Assembly: GCF_006345805.1 (NCBI RefSeq)
Contig: NC_042998.1
Location: forward strand, 152,086,001-152,150,000
Length of the DNA stretch: 64,000 nt
Reading direction: 5' to 3'
From: Octopus sinensis
Taxonomy: Eukaryota
Part shown: piece after piece, positions 37,040 to 51,045 of the stretch
Position numbering within the stretch: position 1 is the stretch's first letter
How the letters are laid out: each line of letters opens with the position of its first letter
The notes under the pieces: generated by a model
What the model saw: the letters and a program-made list of their open reading frames with translations, nothing else
Told to the model about the DNA's origin: nothing
Databases searched by the model: none
Made by a program: the position numbers and the translations under genes

Positions 37040-38880
37040 ATATGACTTCATTGACGTAGTGAAGGAGGCCTTCGATAGCGCTGACATATGCGACCTCATC
37101 TGGTTGTATACCCTTGATACCCTTAGGAAAGTTCCCCCGTGTTCTCTTTGGCCTCTGCAGTGATGACGCTCTGGCCATCTCTTGGGGGCAAACAGGTATA
37201 CACTAGGCAGGAGTAGAAAAGATCTAATCAGCACACTTGCCTCAATGGGATTGAAAATCACCACAGAAACCAATCTCACAACTGCGGATTTCTTAGACGT
37301 TACGCCCGACTTGGGCTCCGGTACATAGAGGCCCTACCGCAAACTAAACAAGAGGCTAACGTACATCAACACAGTCTCCTGTCACCCACCCATCGTGTTC
37401 AAAAATCTAGTGAAGTCTGTTAGTAAGAGGATCAGGAACCATTCCTCCAACTAAGAGATTTTCAATACAGCGACGCCTTACTATAATGAGGCCCTAGCTG
37501 CCAGCGGATCTAGGGACCGCGTACCCTACATGCCGGAACCCAACAACCCCAGAAGGAAGCGCTGCAGAAATACCATTTAGTTTTCCCTCATCTTCTCTCT
37601 GAATACAAAACGCCTGTAGCTAGAATATTCGTTAAATCAATAGATAAGCATTTCACTAGCTCCCATAGGTACGGACCCATTTTCAACAACGTTAGAGTCT
37701 CTTTTAGCTGTGCTCCCAGTATTAAGAGCTTTCTAGTTAGCGCCCCTAGGCCACGGGAGGAGGCAGGATGTTCATGCAAGGATCGCAAAAGATGCCCAGT
37801 GGGAGCCACTCGAAACTAAAGGGGTCGTCTATGAAGCCGAGGTACTAGCAAACCCTGGCAATACCAGTAGTAGAAGCAGTAGCAGCCGCAGATAGAGGAA
37901 CAGAACCGGCAACGCCACCACCATCGCCAAAGTTAAGAACACTAACAACAATAACAATAATAGCACCAGCGATAGCATTGGCAGCTCCCCGACGACATTT
38001 ACAGCAACATCGCCATCAGTTGCAGGCCTGACAATCCCTATAGCAGCAGCAACATGTCCAGTGCCCGCCCAGCAATAACGGCAATAATAGCAATAACGGC
38101 AACAGCAGCAGCAGCAGGAGTGACAGTGGCCCTAGCAGAAACACCAGCAGAATCACAGCTAATGACATCTCTAGAAGCAATGGCAACTCTCCCATCAATG
38201 ACAAGGATCACAATAACAACAGCACCTTCACCATCACCGGCAGTGATGATACTATTACTGCCGCCACCACCACCACCTCCAACGATGACGGTGGCAGCAA
38301 CAACAACAACACCAGCAGATACACACATATCGCCGACAATACATGCCCACGGAGATACTTTGCATGTTCTGGAAACTCATTCAAGCAACGTATCTCCAAC
38401 CACATGTCCTCTTTCAGAGTTCCGGAAAGGTGATACGTAACATCACTGGCCTGCTATGTCTGGCAACTGAGATACGATGGAATTCCATACTCTACTTCAT
38501 GGAAAATTCCCGAGGACCTAGGCCCCTACTTCAAAGGGACGAAATGTTGCAAATTATGCATAGCTGAAAGGGCGAGAACCCTAAAGGATTCTCTTGAACA
38601 TCCTTAACTCCAGAACGAAAATTTTCGGGTCACGTTTATATTTCAGGAGATTCCTGCTAGCCTTTTGGAGCCCAGAAGATGGCGACATAGTCGATAGCCA
38701 AGGGAGGTAATTCCCATTGTTACCATTGAGAAGTGAGGCATTTCCTCCTCCATATTTTTAAGAGGTCTTGAGCCAGCAGGTTTTGGGATCTGACGGTACG
38801 CCATAAAGCTAAACCCTTTATGACGAGAAACCTAGGGTAATCCCACAAACTGGCCTTCCCCATTTTCAATATATATATAT
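37040..38880 (+). mobile_element. Degenerate PLE (Neptune-like), 5'-truncated
   Basis: DFLDVT..., YINTVSCHPP, TPYYNEALAASG, GCSCKDRKRCPVG, GVVYEAEV, FKQRISNHMSSF, CKLCIAE, with stops and frameshifts. Confidence 0.85.
38784..38845 (+). ncRNA. Degenerate hammerhead ribozyme at PLE 3' end
   Basis: Stem I TGGGAT/ATCCCA, core CTGACGG (A9 mutated), stem II CG.CATAAAG/CTTTATG.CG, GAAA, palindrome CCTAGG with one extra G, then TA. Confidence 0.55.
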
Positions 38881-38941
38881 ATACACACACATATATACAT
38901 ACATACATACATCTATATTCACAGAGGCATACATAAACTTG

Positions 38942-38985
<44 letters not shown>

Positions 38986-39577
38986 TATCTATCTCTCTAT
39001 TTATCTCTCATCTATCTCTCATTTATCTATCATCAATCAATCTTTCGGTCCATCTTTTAATTTACATGTGTGCGTCTGTGTATGTGTGCGTCTGTGCATG
39101 TATGCATGCATGTAAAAGCGCGTATGCTTTGTTATCTGATTACTTGTGAGATTGTGGGGTTTGATAATGAATAGTGTGTGATATGTTATTGCACATAGTA
39201 GACTGAGTGTGTATGTGTGTATGTAGTTGTTCGTCTTTATGCGTATATATTTGTGTATGCGTCTATGTATGTTTGTATGTATGTATATATGTATATATGT
39301 ATGTTTGTGCGTGTGTGTATGAGTGTGTGTGCATATGTGCGTGCGTGGGCATGTGTTTGTTTCTTTGTGCTGTTTGTGACTATCGATCTCTCTTCCCTTC
39401 ATTGTTGGGCGGAAATTGGCGGAAGTAATTATAGTGACTGTAGATGTCAGAGTGAGGTGATAAGAAGAGGGCTGGAGGTTAGGGAAAAGCGAAACGAGGG
39501 TTTATGTGAGGTTAGGGGTGAAAGGGAAGTAAGCCGGTGTAATGATGATGAAGACGACGACGATGATGATAATAATA

Positions 39578-39663
<86 letters not shown>

Positions 39664-39678
39664 TAATAATAATAATAA

Positions 39679-40139
39679 GCCCATGTCTCTTAAGATAGAG
39701 ACACAGATAGAGAAATTAAGGCCAACATACCAGATATAGTTGTCAGAGATCATGAAGGAAAAAAATGCTTTCTAATTGATGTATCAAAACCAGCAGATGA
39801 CAACGTGTCTCTAAAAGAAATGGAGAAACTTTCAAAATACAAAGACCTGGAAATAGAGGTAACCAGAATGTGGAATCTAAAAACAAACAATTCCTATCAT
39901 AATAGGTGCATTAGGCATGATAAAAAAATATTCAGACAAATACATAACAAAAACACCAGGACTTACAAACACATATAGCATACAGAAAATTGCACTACTA
40001 GGAACTGCACTCATCCTACGCAGAACACTTTCCATACAGTAACCATCAGAGCATCACAACAAATCACAGTACATACCCAAGGCACACAGAGCTGCGCTCG
40101 GTAGTGAAGTGAAAGCACGCTATAAAAAGAAAAAAAAAC

Positions 40140-40140
<1 letters not shown>
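39679..40140 (+). mobile_element. 3' fragment of R4/Dong-like REL LINE in (AAT)n (family A)
   Basis: KANIPDIVV...LIDVSKPAD...KYKDLEIE...LLGTA; (AAT)n on both sides; same family as 59981-60318. Confidence 0.85.
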
Positions 40141-40171
<31 letters not shown>

Positions 40172-40331
40172 GTTATTATTAATATATCAATGCGAAGATT
40201 GATAATAAAAATTGCTGTTGTTACTAAACAACAATATTCTACTGCTAAAATTCTACTGCAAAGTTCATGAAGATGATGAAGATGATGATGATGATGACAA
40301 CGACGACGACGGCAATAATTCCAAAGAAGAA

Positions 40332-40374
<43 letters not shown>

Positions 40375-40443
40375 GGTCCCGGGTTGATTCGGGGTTAACC
40401 ACAGTAAATAAGGTACTCAATACATAGCAGAGTAAAATTAATT

Positions 40444-40559
40444 TATTATATAGAAGGAGCTTCTACAGGACTAGAATTGTTTCATTCAAGAGAAATCTTC
40501 AGGAGCTTCCTGAAGATTTCTCTTGAATGAAACAGTTCTAGTCCTGTAGAAGCTCCTTC

Positions 40560-40568
<9 letters not shown>
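40444..40568. repeat. 125-bp near-perfect palindrome (61-bp arms, 3-nt loop, 1 mismatch)
   Basis: 40444-40504 is the reverse complement of 40508-40568 except for one T/C. Confidence 0.95.
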
Positions 40569-40614
<46 letters not shown>

Positions 40615-40859
40615 CTTACATACACATATACATACACGGATATATACATATGCATATATATGTACATATACAATATACATATATATACATGTGTATATAT
40701 ATGGCAAATGAAAGACGGAAGATGGAATATACGAGAGTTATACATGCGTGTGTGCATGTGTGTGCAGTTAGGTAGGTATGTATATCTATATTATATATAC
40801 ATAAGTATACATGTATGTGTGTTTCTTTTTTCGTGTGTGCGTGTGTGTGTGTAAAGTAT

Positions 40860-41945
40860 CGGGCAGACATTGCATCAAGTTTTGACAAAAGCTTGGTGAT
40901 ACTCAAGCTCAAACCATCCAGATGATTCAGCAGGTCTTTGGTGATGATGTAATGTGTAAATCTCTTATCAAGAATTAGTACAACCCTTCTCAGTGGGGAA
41001 CGAGGCACGCACAGTTAGGTCGTCCACAAACCGAAACGAGGAGCCGACGGAGAAGGTTCGGCAATAGTCATGGAAGACCATCGTGTAACAATGTAGAAAT
41101 TACTTACGAAGTGGAAATCAGCATATAGCGTAGGAGTGGCTGTGTGGTAAGTAGCTTGCTTACGAACAACATGGTTCCGGGTTCAGTCCCATTGCATGGC
41201 ATCTTGGGCAAGTGTCTTCTATTATAGCCTCGGGTCGACCAAAGCCATGTGAGTGGATTTGGTAGACGGGAACTGAAAGAAGCCCGTCGTATGTATATAT
41301 GTATACATGTATATATTTATATGTGTGTGTGTGTGTATATATGTTTGTGTGTCTGTTTTTGTCCCCCAACATCGCTTGACAACCGATGCTGGTGTGTTTA
41401 CGTCCCCGTAACTTAGCGGTTCGGTAAAAGTGACCGATAGAATAAGTACTAGGCTCACAAAGAATAAGTCCTGGGGTCGATTTGCTCGACTAAAGGTTGT
41501 GCTCCAGCATAGCCACAGTCAAATGACTGAAACAAGTAAAAGAGTATAGTATCGACGCATTCCATTTTAACAAGGAAAAAACTGTAGTCCCCAAGGTACC
41601 GACGAAGCAGCAGAAGCAACTCTGCATGAAAATCACTTAGGACATGCTGGATTGTGCAAACCACGACTCAGACTTCATGAAAACCATCATCACTCGTGAT
41701 GAGATATGAATTTATGGTTCCTGCTCGATGCGTTCGGTTATCTTGCATGAAAACGAAAATCCGATGACTGCACACTACACATCTCTTCTCTAGGCGTAAC
41801 AGCCGGGAGCTGACGCGACCTAACGCGCGAAAGATTTTGTGCGTGCGCAAAAAGGGTGATGTCATCTCCAACTTAAAGGATTTCGCCAACACATCATCTT
41901 TAGCGGGGAAAAAAATAAACTCGCTTATTTTCTAAACACACCTTG
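40860..41945 (+). mobile_element. Mariner-type transposase remnant interrupted by a SINE
   Basis: IKF.QKLGDTQAQTIQMIQQVFGDDVM before the SINE; DFMKTIITRDEI.IYG (mariner TGDETW-like motif) after it. Confidence 0.7.
41127..41546 (+). mobile_element. tRNA-derived SINE (family A), full length
   Basis: A box TGGCTGTGTGG, B box GGTTCAGTCC, internal (TA/TG)n, 3' end AAACAAGTAAAAGAGT; serves as in-window reference for the split copy at 57117/59204. Confidence 0.9.
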
Positions 41946-42071
41946 TGTATTCATGCATACGTTCTTTTTTTTATTTTTGTTACGTTCAGCCATACGGCTA
42001 CGGTCATGCTTGAGTACTGCCACTGTTGTTTTCTCCAGCGTCATGGGATTTCGCATCACTACTTGCATGTG

Positions 42072-42116
<45 letters not shown>

Positions 42117-42240
42117 GTGTGTTTGTGTGTGTGTGTGTGTGTAGAATGTTGAAAAGTGACATACGAGTTGATATGTATACGGAAAATAGAGAATGTAGAA
42201 AATGCTAGAATAATTTTATCATGAAATGTATTTTGAATGG

Positions 42241-42406
42241 TTAGTACCAGTTTCTGTCTCTTCGACTTTTTCAACTAAGAGTAAAACAAAAGATGGATAC
42301 TAATTAAGAAGAAAAACGATTAAATTGAAGAAAAAATGAAATGAAATGTTTTGTAAATATTCCCATAGACTTCAAATAGGTAGGACATTTTCCTTTTTTC
42401 TGTCTC

Positions 42407-42484
<78 letters not shown>

Positions 42485-43760
42485 TTTGTGTACATTTATA
42501 TGGTAGATAATACCAGATCTGAAAAATTGTGTTTATGGATGCAAAGATATATCTGAAGTTTGATGGTTTAAGCAGAGCGGCCGAAGATAGAAGAAGAAGA
42601 AGAAGAAGAAGAAGAAGAAGAAGAAGAAGAAGAAGAAGAAGAAGAAGAAGAAGAAGAAGAAGAAGAAGAAGAAGAAGAAGAAGAAGAAGGGAGTGTTAAA
42701 ACCAAGTAGAAAAGGCAGTCCGTGGAACCCGTTTTAATGGTCAAGTGGCCTCACAATGACATGTTGTGGTTGTAGTAGCAGTAGTAGTAGGGATTGTTTT
42801 AAATAAGTTCGTGGGTAACGACTGTTCTAAATATATCTATCGTATTTAATATTTCCGTGGGTGTTATTCCTAGCTCCCTGTACTAGTGTTATCTGTGATG
42901 GAAGCATTTAAAAGAGGTTTATATCTTGCGATAAAATGATTCTTTGCTAATGGCGAGATTATAGGCCGCATTGTCCCTAAATTTATAGAGGGGAAAATTC
43001 TTAAGTTGGCTTGTTCACCAGTTCTAATGAACAATGGACAATTGTTCATTAGACACACTAGAATGAATATCCCTTTCAGCCTGGCCAAAAGGATTTACAC
43101 CATAGTATCTGATACAGGCACCAGGGACACGACTACATGAGCTAAAGAATACACTCAACAGCAGAAATTAGCCACCATCACTAAATGATATAGGTTTTCA
43201 ACGTACCCTACAACTCAACGTCTACGAACTCAGACAACCCAAACAAAAGAATTAATTACAACTAAATCCCTATCATACATATCCACACACAACCCTCTAA
43301 ACAATGAGGCCTTCGACACCATCCTCCGGAACATTCCTTTACTAAAAAGGGACCATAGAATGAATCAACTCATCCAAACGCACACGACTTTCTTCTTCTT
43401 CTTCTTCTTCTTCTTCTTCTTCTTCTTCTTCTTCTTCTTCTTCTTCTTCTTCTTCTTCTTCTTCTTCTTCTTCTTCTTCTTCTTCTTCTTCTTCTTCTTC
43501 TTCTTCTTCTTCTTCTACGGCTGCTGCTGCTTAAACCATCAAACTTCAGAACCAAATATATCTTTGCATCTATTAACATAAATTTTCAAATCTGCTACTA
43601 CCTACCATACGAACCTACGCAAAGAAAAAGAGAGAAAAAGTGAGAGAGACAGACAGAAAAAAGGAAAATGTCCTACCTATTTGAAGACTATGGAAATATT
43701 TACAAAACATTTCATTTAATTTTTTTCTTCAATTTAATTATTTTATCATTTTCTTCCTTG
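42241..43760. mobile_element. Degenerate PLE with head-to-head inverted 3' ends each carrying (TTC)n
   Basis: 42300-42690 is the reverse complement of 43390-43760. Spacer has a minus-strand EN C-terminus (HFIARYKPLLN) and a plus-strand thumb fragment (RLHELKNTLNSRN...YISTHNPLN). A decayed hammerhead-like motif lies at 42241-42278 (-). Confidence 0.7.
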
Positions 43761-44249
43761 TCTTATTTTCCTTCTTGGTGGGCGCATAGGGTATTATAAA
43801 AAGCGTAAGAGTATCTTGAGAAGAATTCATGATGGCTTGAAGATGTTAGGCATCTAGGTCTCAGCTCAAGTCACGTGGTGTTTATGCTGTGAAAGGGAAC
43901 CAGCTATTATTTCCTTTACTTTTGGGCCTACGCTGTTTGAAAGGATGCTGGCAGGGAGTTGCCACCACATTGCTGGCAACCTGCGGTATAGTGAATCCAG
44001 CGACATCAGTTTCTTTTATTCGATACTATTGTTGCGCAAGTCAGGAGTATTAATTAACACATTGGTGCAATATATTACGCAGTGTAATTTTGTTGCTGTT
44101 GATTTACAATGAAGAATTGGTTGTTGTATACACAAGCGGCTGGAATTAAATACCCGGCCCTCCTGTGAGGAACGGTGAAGCCAAAGATGGTATATCTAGA
44201 TTGTCATCTGCCAGTGGCTTGAAGTTTATTAACACGGTGTAACTCTAGC

Positions 44250-44820
44250 GGCAATAATAATAACAATCATTCTTCCTGTTGATAGACATTATATGTTGGT
44301 GGAGTATGTGTAGTGTCTCGCACACAGGGTTGGCAATTGCATGTTCTATCCAAGTAAGTGAAGTCCTGTCAATGATATCCTACATGACGCTGGGGAAGTG
44401 TTCTCGATAGTCATTGGTACGGAGTCTCTAGAAGAAGTAGGACAGGGAAGTAGAATTTTTCCTATCCTAGCAACTGAAGGAATTCATGTGGTATGTATAC
44501 CTTTCCTTAAAATAGTGGTCTGTCGTGCATGAGTAGTGTCTTCTTATGCCATCCAATGGTATGAGGGTTACTCTGTATACTACAGCTTTTGAGAGGCAGG
44601 ATCTTCTCAGTGGGTAGTTGGCATAATTTCGGTAGTTAACAGGTTAGGCTATGAACCGAAAGCTGTGTAAGTGTATGCTTGCGTCTATTGCATAATGCGA
44701 TGTTTGAAGCGATGTTGTCTACATTGTGGGATTTGATGTCGCTGAAATACATTATACCGCAGCCTGTTCCCAAAGTGGCGCTAGCATTCTACTAACACCA
44801 TGTTCGAGCACGTAGGTCTA
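44250..44820 (-). mobile_element. Highly degenerate PLE GIY-YIG remnant
   Basis: PLRRSCLSKAVVYRVT...YFKERYTYHMNSF...STSLSYF...CNCQPC. Confidence 0.6.
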
Positions 44821-45359
44821 AAAATAAATAAAATAGCTGAAGTCGTTTTCACAGTATTAAGACCAATAGAGACTAAAATGTAAAAGCCATATCGAAATAT
44901 TCATAAATTTCTCACTCTGCTGATATCTGACGAGATCGACATGTCCAACGCACCTAAAAAATATTAAGTTGTACGGAGTTAAGTCAAACAGCTATCAAAT
45001 GTGTGTATGTGTGTGCGCGCGCGCGCGTGTGTGTGTGTACATATACATGTATGTATTCACACGCATATTTGCATTTATGTGTATTTGCTATTTAAAGATA
45101 GACATTGTATAATGTCGTAGAAAATTTACATTATACATATATATATATCCCTACTTACATGCATAAATAAACGTATATCTGTGTATATATATGAAATGGA
45201 AAGAGAGAGAAAGGGAGAGAGAGAAAACGAGAGAATAAAAGAGAATTAGAAGAATAAAAAGAAGAGGTAGAAAACTACTTTGAATGAAGAGGAGGTTAGA
45301 AATAGATCTGAAGGGCAAAGTATCATACACATGCACACATACACCCGCATACACACACA

Positions 45360-46790
<1,431 letters not shown>

Positions 46791-48199
46791 GGTGTGTGCG
46801 AGCAAGCGCACACGTGTATGTGCGTGTACGTATGTGTTTAATAACGGAAGAAAGACAGAGGAGTGAAAGCGAGGAAGGTATGGAAGAAATCGAGAGAATG
46901 AAAGAGCAGTGGGATGGGTGGGGGGATGTAGTGCGACAAAGAGCCAGTTAAAGATAACAGATGATGAGATCAAAGTGGAGTTGAAATTGGATGGAGGAGG
47001 AAGGGGCTGGTGTCCCTTTGAAATATGCAATCAATGGATTCCGACACCAACATTATCACCACCATCACCACCATCACCATCGTTACCACTACCACAGCCT
47101 TTATCATAACCATCTTCAACGTCAGCATCTTCATCATCATCACCATTATCAGCAGCAGCAGCATCGTCGCCGTCGTCAACATCATCATCATAGCATCAAC
47201 ATTGTCATTACCATTTATCCTCATCCATTCACCATCATTATATCCGTCATCAACTCCATCACCAGTATTATAATAATCGTAATCATTATCATCACCATCA
47301 CTATTATCACCACTACAATCATCGTCAGTAGCAGTACCAGCAGATTATCGTCATCGTCGTCATCGTCGTCATCATCATCATCATCATCATCATGGACGTC
47401 GTTGTAGCTGTTCGTGTCATTCTCTCCCCACCACTAACCACCATCAATAATTGACAGCATCATCAATAACCATTAACAGATATTACTGATAAATCTATCA
47501 CCTCTACTACCACCACTGTCATCACTACTGCCACCAGCAACGTCACTATAGCCATCATCCCTACCCTATCCACCACTACCAACGCCACCAGCGCCATTAC
47601 CATAATTTTCATTCTCAACTGTCTTTACCACACTTGAACCGTCACTAACAACTATCACAACGCCACCACTACCACCACCACCATCATCATCATTATTATC
47701 ATCAATGCCATCATCACTTACATGCCCATCACCATTTTCCTCGCCTACCTCATTAACACCACCGCCATTACAAATGTAATTATCATCAATAATATTAGCT
47801 CCACCACCATCACAACAACAACAACAAATAATAATAATATCAGCAAGTATTAATGTTAATAGTAATAATTATTATCATTATTATCATTATTATTAAGGGT
47901 AGAGAGAAAAGTGTTGTCTTCTAGCCAGTTTACTGAAAGGTGGATGAAAGGGCGAGAATGGTGCGAGTGAACGGGCCTTACCGGAATATACACCGTAGTT
48001 GGAAAAAAAGGAAAAGAAAAAAGGCACCTACCCCAAAAGTCAGGGTACCCATGACTTTTTGTTTCCTTGTTTACACGCAATACCCTCACAACCATACACG
48101 ATCATGCACACACACACACACACACACACACATTTTTTTTGTTTTGTTTTGTACTGTCCATTATGTTTTTCTTAATATAAATCCTTGTGCTTAATAAAT

Positions 48200-48237
<38 letters not shown>

Positions 48238-48256
48238 TATCATCATCATCATCATT

Positions 48257-48361
<105 letters not shown>

Positions 48362-49452
48362 GAGTGAGAGAGCAGTTCATGCCATCAATGTGACACTGGG
48401 GTAAAATATACGAAGCCCAATATACCCATCATGACTACCCGTCTGATAAAGGTACACCAGGCACATGCATCACAACCATATGTGCGCGATATGGTGATCT
48501 CATATCAAGATAAACAGCACATGACCTTGCAGGTGGGGCCCAGTTAGAATTTTCTTCAGGTTGAGTAGCCCATCCCGCTCAAACGGTCCCCGAATAAGGG
48601 TTGCTTAAGGATGTTGAAAGAACCACCCATGTTTCCAGAGGTGAACTATTCAAACCCCAAAGAATCCCTCTCAACACATGGCTATGATGCTCCCCCACTA
48701 CTTCTGCTCGTGATCAGAGATGCACATATCGTCAGCCACTAAGGGACATGCTCAACTGGTTAAGGTCAAACAACTGACAAGCAAATCTGTGGTATTGAGC
48801 AGAATATTTGCTGTAGCCCATCTTTTATACCAAGACAAAACAATGTACATGATAACACTTCCAATCAGTTAAGATCAGAAGCCATGAGAGCCACTGCCTG
48901 GTACTGCATCAGGGCATTATTATTATTTTTGAGTGAGAGAGCAGTGCATGACATCAAAGTGACACTAGGGTAAAATATACGAAGCCCAGTTTACCCATCA
49001 TGTCTAACCGTCTGATAAGGGTACACTAGGCACATACATCACAACAATATGTACGCGACATGGTGATCTCATAACAAGATAAACAGCGCATGACCTTGGA
49101 AGGTGGGGCCCAGTTAGAATTTTCTTCTGGTCGAATAGCCCATCCCGCTCAAAAGGTTTCTGAATAAAGATTGTTTAACGATGCTGAACGAACCACCCAT
49201 GTTTCCAAAGGTGAATTATTCTAACCCCAAAGAATTCCTTTCAACACATGGCTATGATGCTCCCCCACCACTTCTGCTTGTGATCAGAGATGCACATATC
49301 GTCAGCCACTATGGGACATGCTCAACTGGTTAAGGTCAAACAACTGACAAGCAAATCTATGGTATTGAGGAGAATATTTGCTGTAGCCCATCTTTTATAC
49401 CAAGACAAAACAATGTACATGATAACACTTCCAAATGTACATAACACTTCCA

Positions 49453-49521
<69 letters not shown>

Positions 49522-50070
49522 GAGTGAGCGAGCAGAGCATGCCATCAAAGTGACACTGGGGTAAAATATACGAAGCCCAGTATACCCATCATGACTACCC
49601 GTCTGATAAGGGTACACCAGGCACATGCATCACAACCATATGTGCGCGACATGGTGATCTCATATCAAGATAAACAGCACATGACCTTGCAGGTGGAGCC
49701 CAGTTAGAATTTTCTTCAGATCGAGTAACCCATCCCGCTCAAAAGGTCCCTGAATAAGGGTTATTTAAGGACGTTGAACGAAACACCCATGTTTCCAGAG
49801 GTGAATTATTCAAACCCCAAAGAATCCTTCTCAACACATGGCTATGATGCTCCCCCACCACTTCTGCTCGTGATCAGAGATGCACATATCGCCAGCCACT
49901 AAGGGACAAGCTCAACTGGTTAAGGTCAAACAACTGACAAGCAAATCTGTGGTATTGAGCAGAATATTTGCTGTAGCCCATCTTTTATACCAAGACAAAA
50001 CAATGTACATGATAACACTTCCAATCAGTTAAGATCAGAAGCCATGAGAGCCACTGCCTCGTACTGCATC

Positions 50071-50072
<2 letters not shown>
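48362..50072 (-). mobile_element. Three head-to-tail copies of a ~550-bp non-coding element separated by (ATT)n
   Basis: Units 48362-48917, 48931-49453 and 49522-50072 align along their length; a fragment of one end occurs inverted at 55829-55935. Strand inferred from the assumed (AAT)n tail. Confidence 0.85.
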
Positions 50073-50154
<82 letters not shown>

Positions 50155-50155
<1 letters not shown>

Positions 50156-50545
50156 GTTTGGCTCCAACTCTCACCCAGAGACCTCAAGAGACAAGAGGTT
50201 GGAAGTTCATGTTGTTGTTATGCCTAGTGTGCCATATATTTGGGGTTTTTTTGGTGTTGTACTAGTGAAAGTCTAAAAAAAAAAGAAGAAAAAAGAAAAT
50301 TATGTTTGTTTTAAACCTTGAGATTACATAGAAAGTATTTTGCGTAGGATATGAGCAGTTCCCATGAGCACTATCTTTTGAATTTCTGCCATTTTGGGGT
50401 TTCCTGGTATCTGAGTTAGGTAGCAATCAGCCCCTTTCGCTATCATTCCCAGGGCACCTATGACAACAGGTATTGTTTTATTTCTATTTCAAGTTCTTTA
50501 TATTTGCTCAGTTTTTGGTAGGTCTTGACAGATACGTTTATATCG
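50155..50545 (-). mobile_element. 3' fragment of R4/Dong-like LINE (family B, as 60405-61740)
   Basis: Reverse complement of ~61310-61720. Confidence 0.85.
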
Positions 50546-50548
50546 ATA

Positions 50549-50608
<60 letters not shown>

Positions 50609-50611
<3 letters not shown>

Positions 50612-50678
50612 TAGTTTTATTTTTATAGCGTGCTTTCACTTCACTACCAAGCGCAGCTCTGTGTGCCTTGGTTACGTG
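50609..50678 (-). mobile_element. Extreme 3' end of R4/Dong-like family A next to (ATT)n
   Basis: Reverse complement of ~60255-60318. Confidence 0.8.
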
Positions 50679-50700
50679 CAGCAGCAGCAACAACAGCAGC

Positions 50701-50731
<31 letters not shown>

Positions 50732-50735
50732 TCAA

Positions 50736-50800
<65 letters not shown>

Positions 50801-50978
50801 GTAGTAGTAGTAGTTGTTGTTGTTGTTACGTATTGTATCTTTCAAGGAATGTACATATATGAATGCAGTTCACACTTTTTACATTTTTCAAATAACGCTG
50901 CAATTTGGATCAGCAGTTCGGGTCTCTACTGCGAGTGAATTTGCAGATAATTGTTTTCCTAGGGTAAAGTTTACTTAC

Positions 50979-51045
50979 CCACCTACAAATGATATCAACC
51001 TTGTATTTTTGAATGGATTCACTCTTTTCTTCGAGTATGTATTTT
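50979..51045 (-). CDS. Candidate 67-nt host exon (unidentified protein)
   Basis: Acceptor TTATATCTTTTGCTTGCTCAATAG, donor GG/GTAAGT; two frames open (NTYSKKRVNPFKNTRLISFVG; KYILEEKSESIQKYKVDIICRW). No homology or expression evidence. Confidence 0.35.

Noticed and set aside
48362-50072. Repeat/spacer-like periodicity suggesting a CRISPR array
   Set aside because: Units are ~550 bp, the separators are (ATT)n rather than unique spacers, the context is eukaryotic, and there are no cas genes.
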